A stretch of 61,090 bases of DNA, counting the filler, from Asterionella formosa (lineage: Eukaryota): the NCBI GenBank assembly GCA_002256025.1. It is 10 parts of 10 records of this genome, joined end to end, with 100 filler letters (N's around TTAATTAATTAA, not from the genome) between each part and the next. Parts side by side here need not be neighbours in the genome. Positions count along the whole stretch, not along the records: positions 55,080 to 61,090 come from NKIB01012856.1; 9 more parts are not named here. One strand, 5' to 3'. Shown here piece after piece: positions 59,113-61,090 of this stretch (the stretch's first letter is position 1; each line of letters begins with the position of its first letter). The position numbers and the translations under genes are program-made. Below the pieces are notes generated by a model, which saw only the letters and a program-made list of their open reading frames with translations, was not told the DNA's origin and did no database searches.

Positions 59113-61090
59113 TATACTTATAGAGAGGAGCGAAGGCAATGCAGGTATTGCTGGTTGATGGGATGGCAATTTGTATTTTAATGATTCATGTGATGGATGT
59201 TATTGTTAATTATACAAGCATAATAAATGATGGCGTTATGTGTCATGCATATTAGACTACCGGTACATTTTGTGGCAAGAGAATAAAATCATAATTNNNN
59301 NNNNNNNNNNNNNNNNNNNNNNNNNNNNNNNNNNNNNNNNNNNNNNNNNNNNNNNNNNNNNNNNNNNNNNNNNNNNNNNNNNNNNNNNNNNNNNNNNNNN
59401 NNNNNNNNNNNNNNNNNNNNNNNNNNNNNNNNNNNNNNNNNNNNNNNNNNNNNNNNNNNNNNNNNNNNNNNNNNNNNNNNNNNNNNNNNNNNNNNNNNNN
59501 NNNNNNNNNNNNNNNNNNNNNNNNNNNNNNNNNNNNNNNNNNNNNNNNNNNNNNNNNNNNNNNNNNNNNNNNNNNNNNNNNNNNNNNNNNNNNNNNNNNN
59601 NNNNNNNNNNNNNNNNNNNNNNNNNNNNNNNNNNNNNNNNNNNNNNNNNNNNNNNNNNNNNNNNNNNNNNNNNNNNNNNNNNNNNNNNNNNNNNNNNNNN
59701 NNNNNNNNNNNNNNNNNNNNNNNNNNNNNNNNNNNNNNNNNNNNNNNNNNNNNNNNNNNNNNNNNNNNNNNNNNNNNNNNNNNNNNNNNNNNNNNNNNNN
59801 NNNNNNNNNNNNNNNNNNNNNNNNNNNNNNNNNNNNNNNNNNNNNNNNNNNNNNNNNNNNNNNNNNNNNNNNNNNNNNNNNNNNNNNNNNNNNNNTTTTG
59901 GTAAGTAAACTGAATTCATGAAGGTTTTGTGCTTTTGCTTCTCTTGTTGCAGTGCTTCACTGTAAAAATCTTTCTCAGCACTCCAATTTGATCTGACTGA
60001 GTCATGGTAGCAACAAAGGATCATTGGTGAATTGCAATGAAGGCAAAGCTAGTGGGGCACAGGAACCACCAAACAATAATTCAAACATTCTCAGAAATTC
60101 GATATTTCTGTAAAACCCTATAATGTATTCGTTTCTTCTTATAATAGCAAAAAAATTTGGAAAAGAATATAGTATTATAAAGCGATATTTTAGTTTGTTA
60201 TTAATCAAGCATGATTAAAGGATTATCCTTAGTATACTGTAATGAGATTTGCAAATGAGTTATTGGGTCTATTCAAAGGCTAACTTATACTGGGTCCAAA
60301 TCAAGGTACGCCTTGTACTATCATGGGCATGTCCAAAACAAGGTAAACCTTAAATTGGAACTGATGATCTGATGGGTTGATCAATACAAGGTGGATGCCA
60401 ACATTGTAAAAAAACCAATACAAGCAAGGTAAAACTTTATTGGACTAAACCCTATTCCGGAGAAACTACTCATATCTTGTAATTGAGCGTCATTTAGGAA
60501 ATTATCTTGCTTTTGAAAGAGAGCCTATTTCCTTGTATTGACAAGAGCATGGATTTGCAACCTTATGGCTGCTGAATGCAAATTCCAGAAAACACTGGGT
60601 AGCCTTGTTTAGCAGGCCTGGTTTATCAATAGCCCATAATGACCCTAAATATGTTTTAGTTCACGCCTAATATTCCTAGCAAAATGCCAATCACCATGAT
60701 GCTCACATGTTGTTGCTATTCTCTTGTTGTGATTATACTTGCCCCTTCAGGGCCTGGTTATAGAATTGCAATTATCATGATGAGTTCCTCTCCTTGTCCT
60801 TGAAGGGACTTTCACACATAATTTCATAAGTCTTGACATACTTCAAAATTTGTCAGCACCATAACATGCTTATACAATCATCAATCAGCCAATTTTCAAG
60901 TAAAAAAATTATTTCACATCTTTTGTTTCAATTCATTGTGTTTTTGTCTTAATCATAATATTTTTTCAGCAGCTACTGTGAAGTTAACAAATCTACTTGT
61001 ACATCATCATTTTCAAAATTGTGCATCATACTGTAGTATGTACGTAACATGAAAAAAATGTGCCATCATTGACTTCAATTTTCTTTGTCA

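Noticed and set aside
59896..61090. AT-rich tail with short broken frames
   Set aside because: No recognisable domain, repeat or terminus; left unannotated.

Overview
Eukaryotic DNA, most likely from a diatom. This is inferred from short GT-AG introns, bipartite ASAF-type plastid presequences and diatom-type Ty1/copia elements. The window is not one locus. It is ten unrelated ~6.0 kb scaffolds joined by an artificial 100-nt linker (44 N + TTAATTAATTAA + 44 N), so gene neighbourhood across linkers means nothing. Recognisable genes: SMC5, annexin, PDX2, a stand-alone flavodoxin-fold protein, an MJ1316-domain/GGQ peptidyl-tRNA hydrolase fusion, UTP14, a GH28 glycoside hydrolase, cohesin subunit SCC3/STAG, an O-fucosyltransferase-like protein, a membrane-anchored acyl-CoA-binding protein, CLPTM1, and two probable plastid proteins. 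Mobile DNA comprises four degenerate copia LTR elements, a TTAA-flanked TIR element (Kolobok-like) and a decayed DDE transposase. The most notable observations are four: (1) an organelle-targeted ribosome-rescue factor fused to an RNA-end-recognition domain; (2) clusters of TACC(W)GGTA/GGTACC palindromes mostly upstream of gene starts; (3) two copia families with a hairpin instead of a canonical tRNA primer-binding site; (4) a reconstructable nested insertion in scaffold 1. All family assignments come from motif recognition by eye, not database searches.
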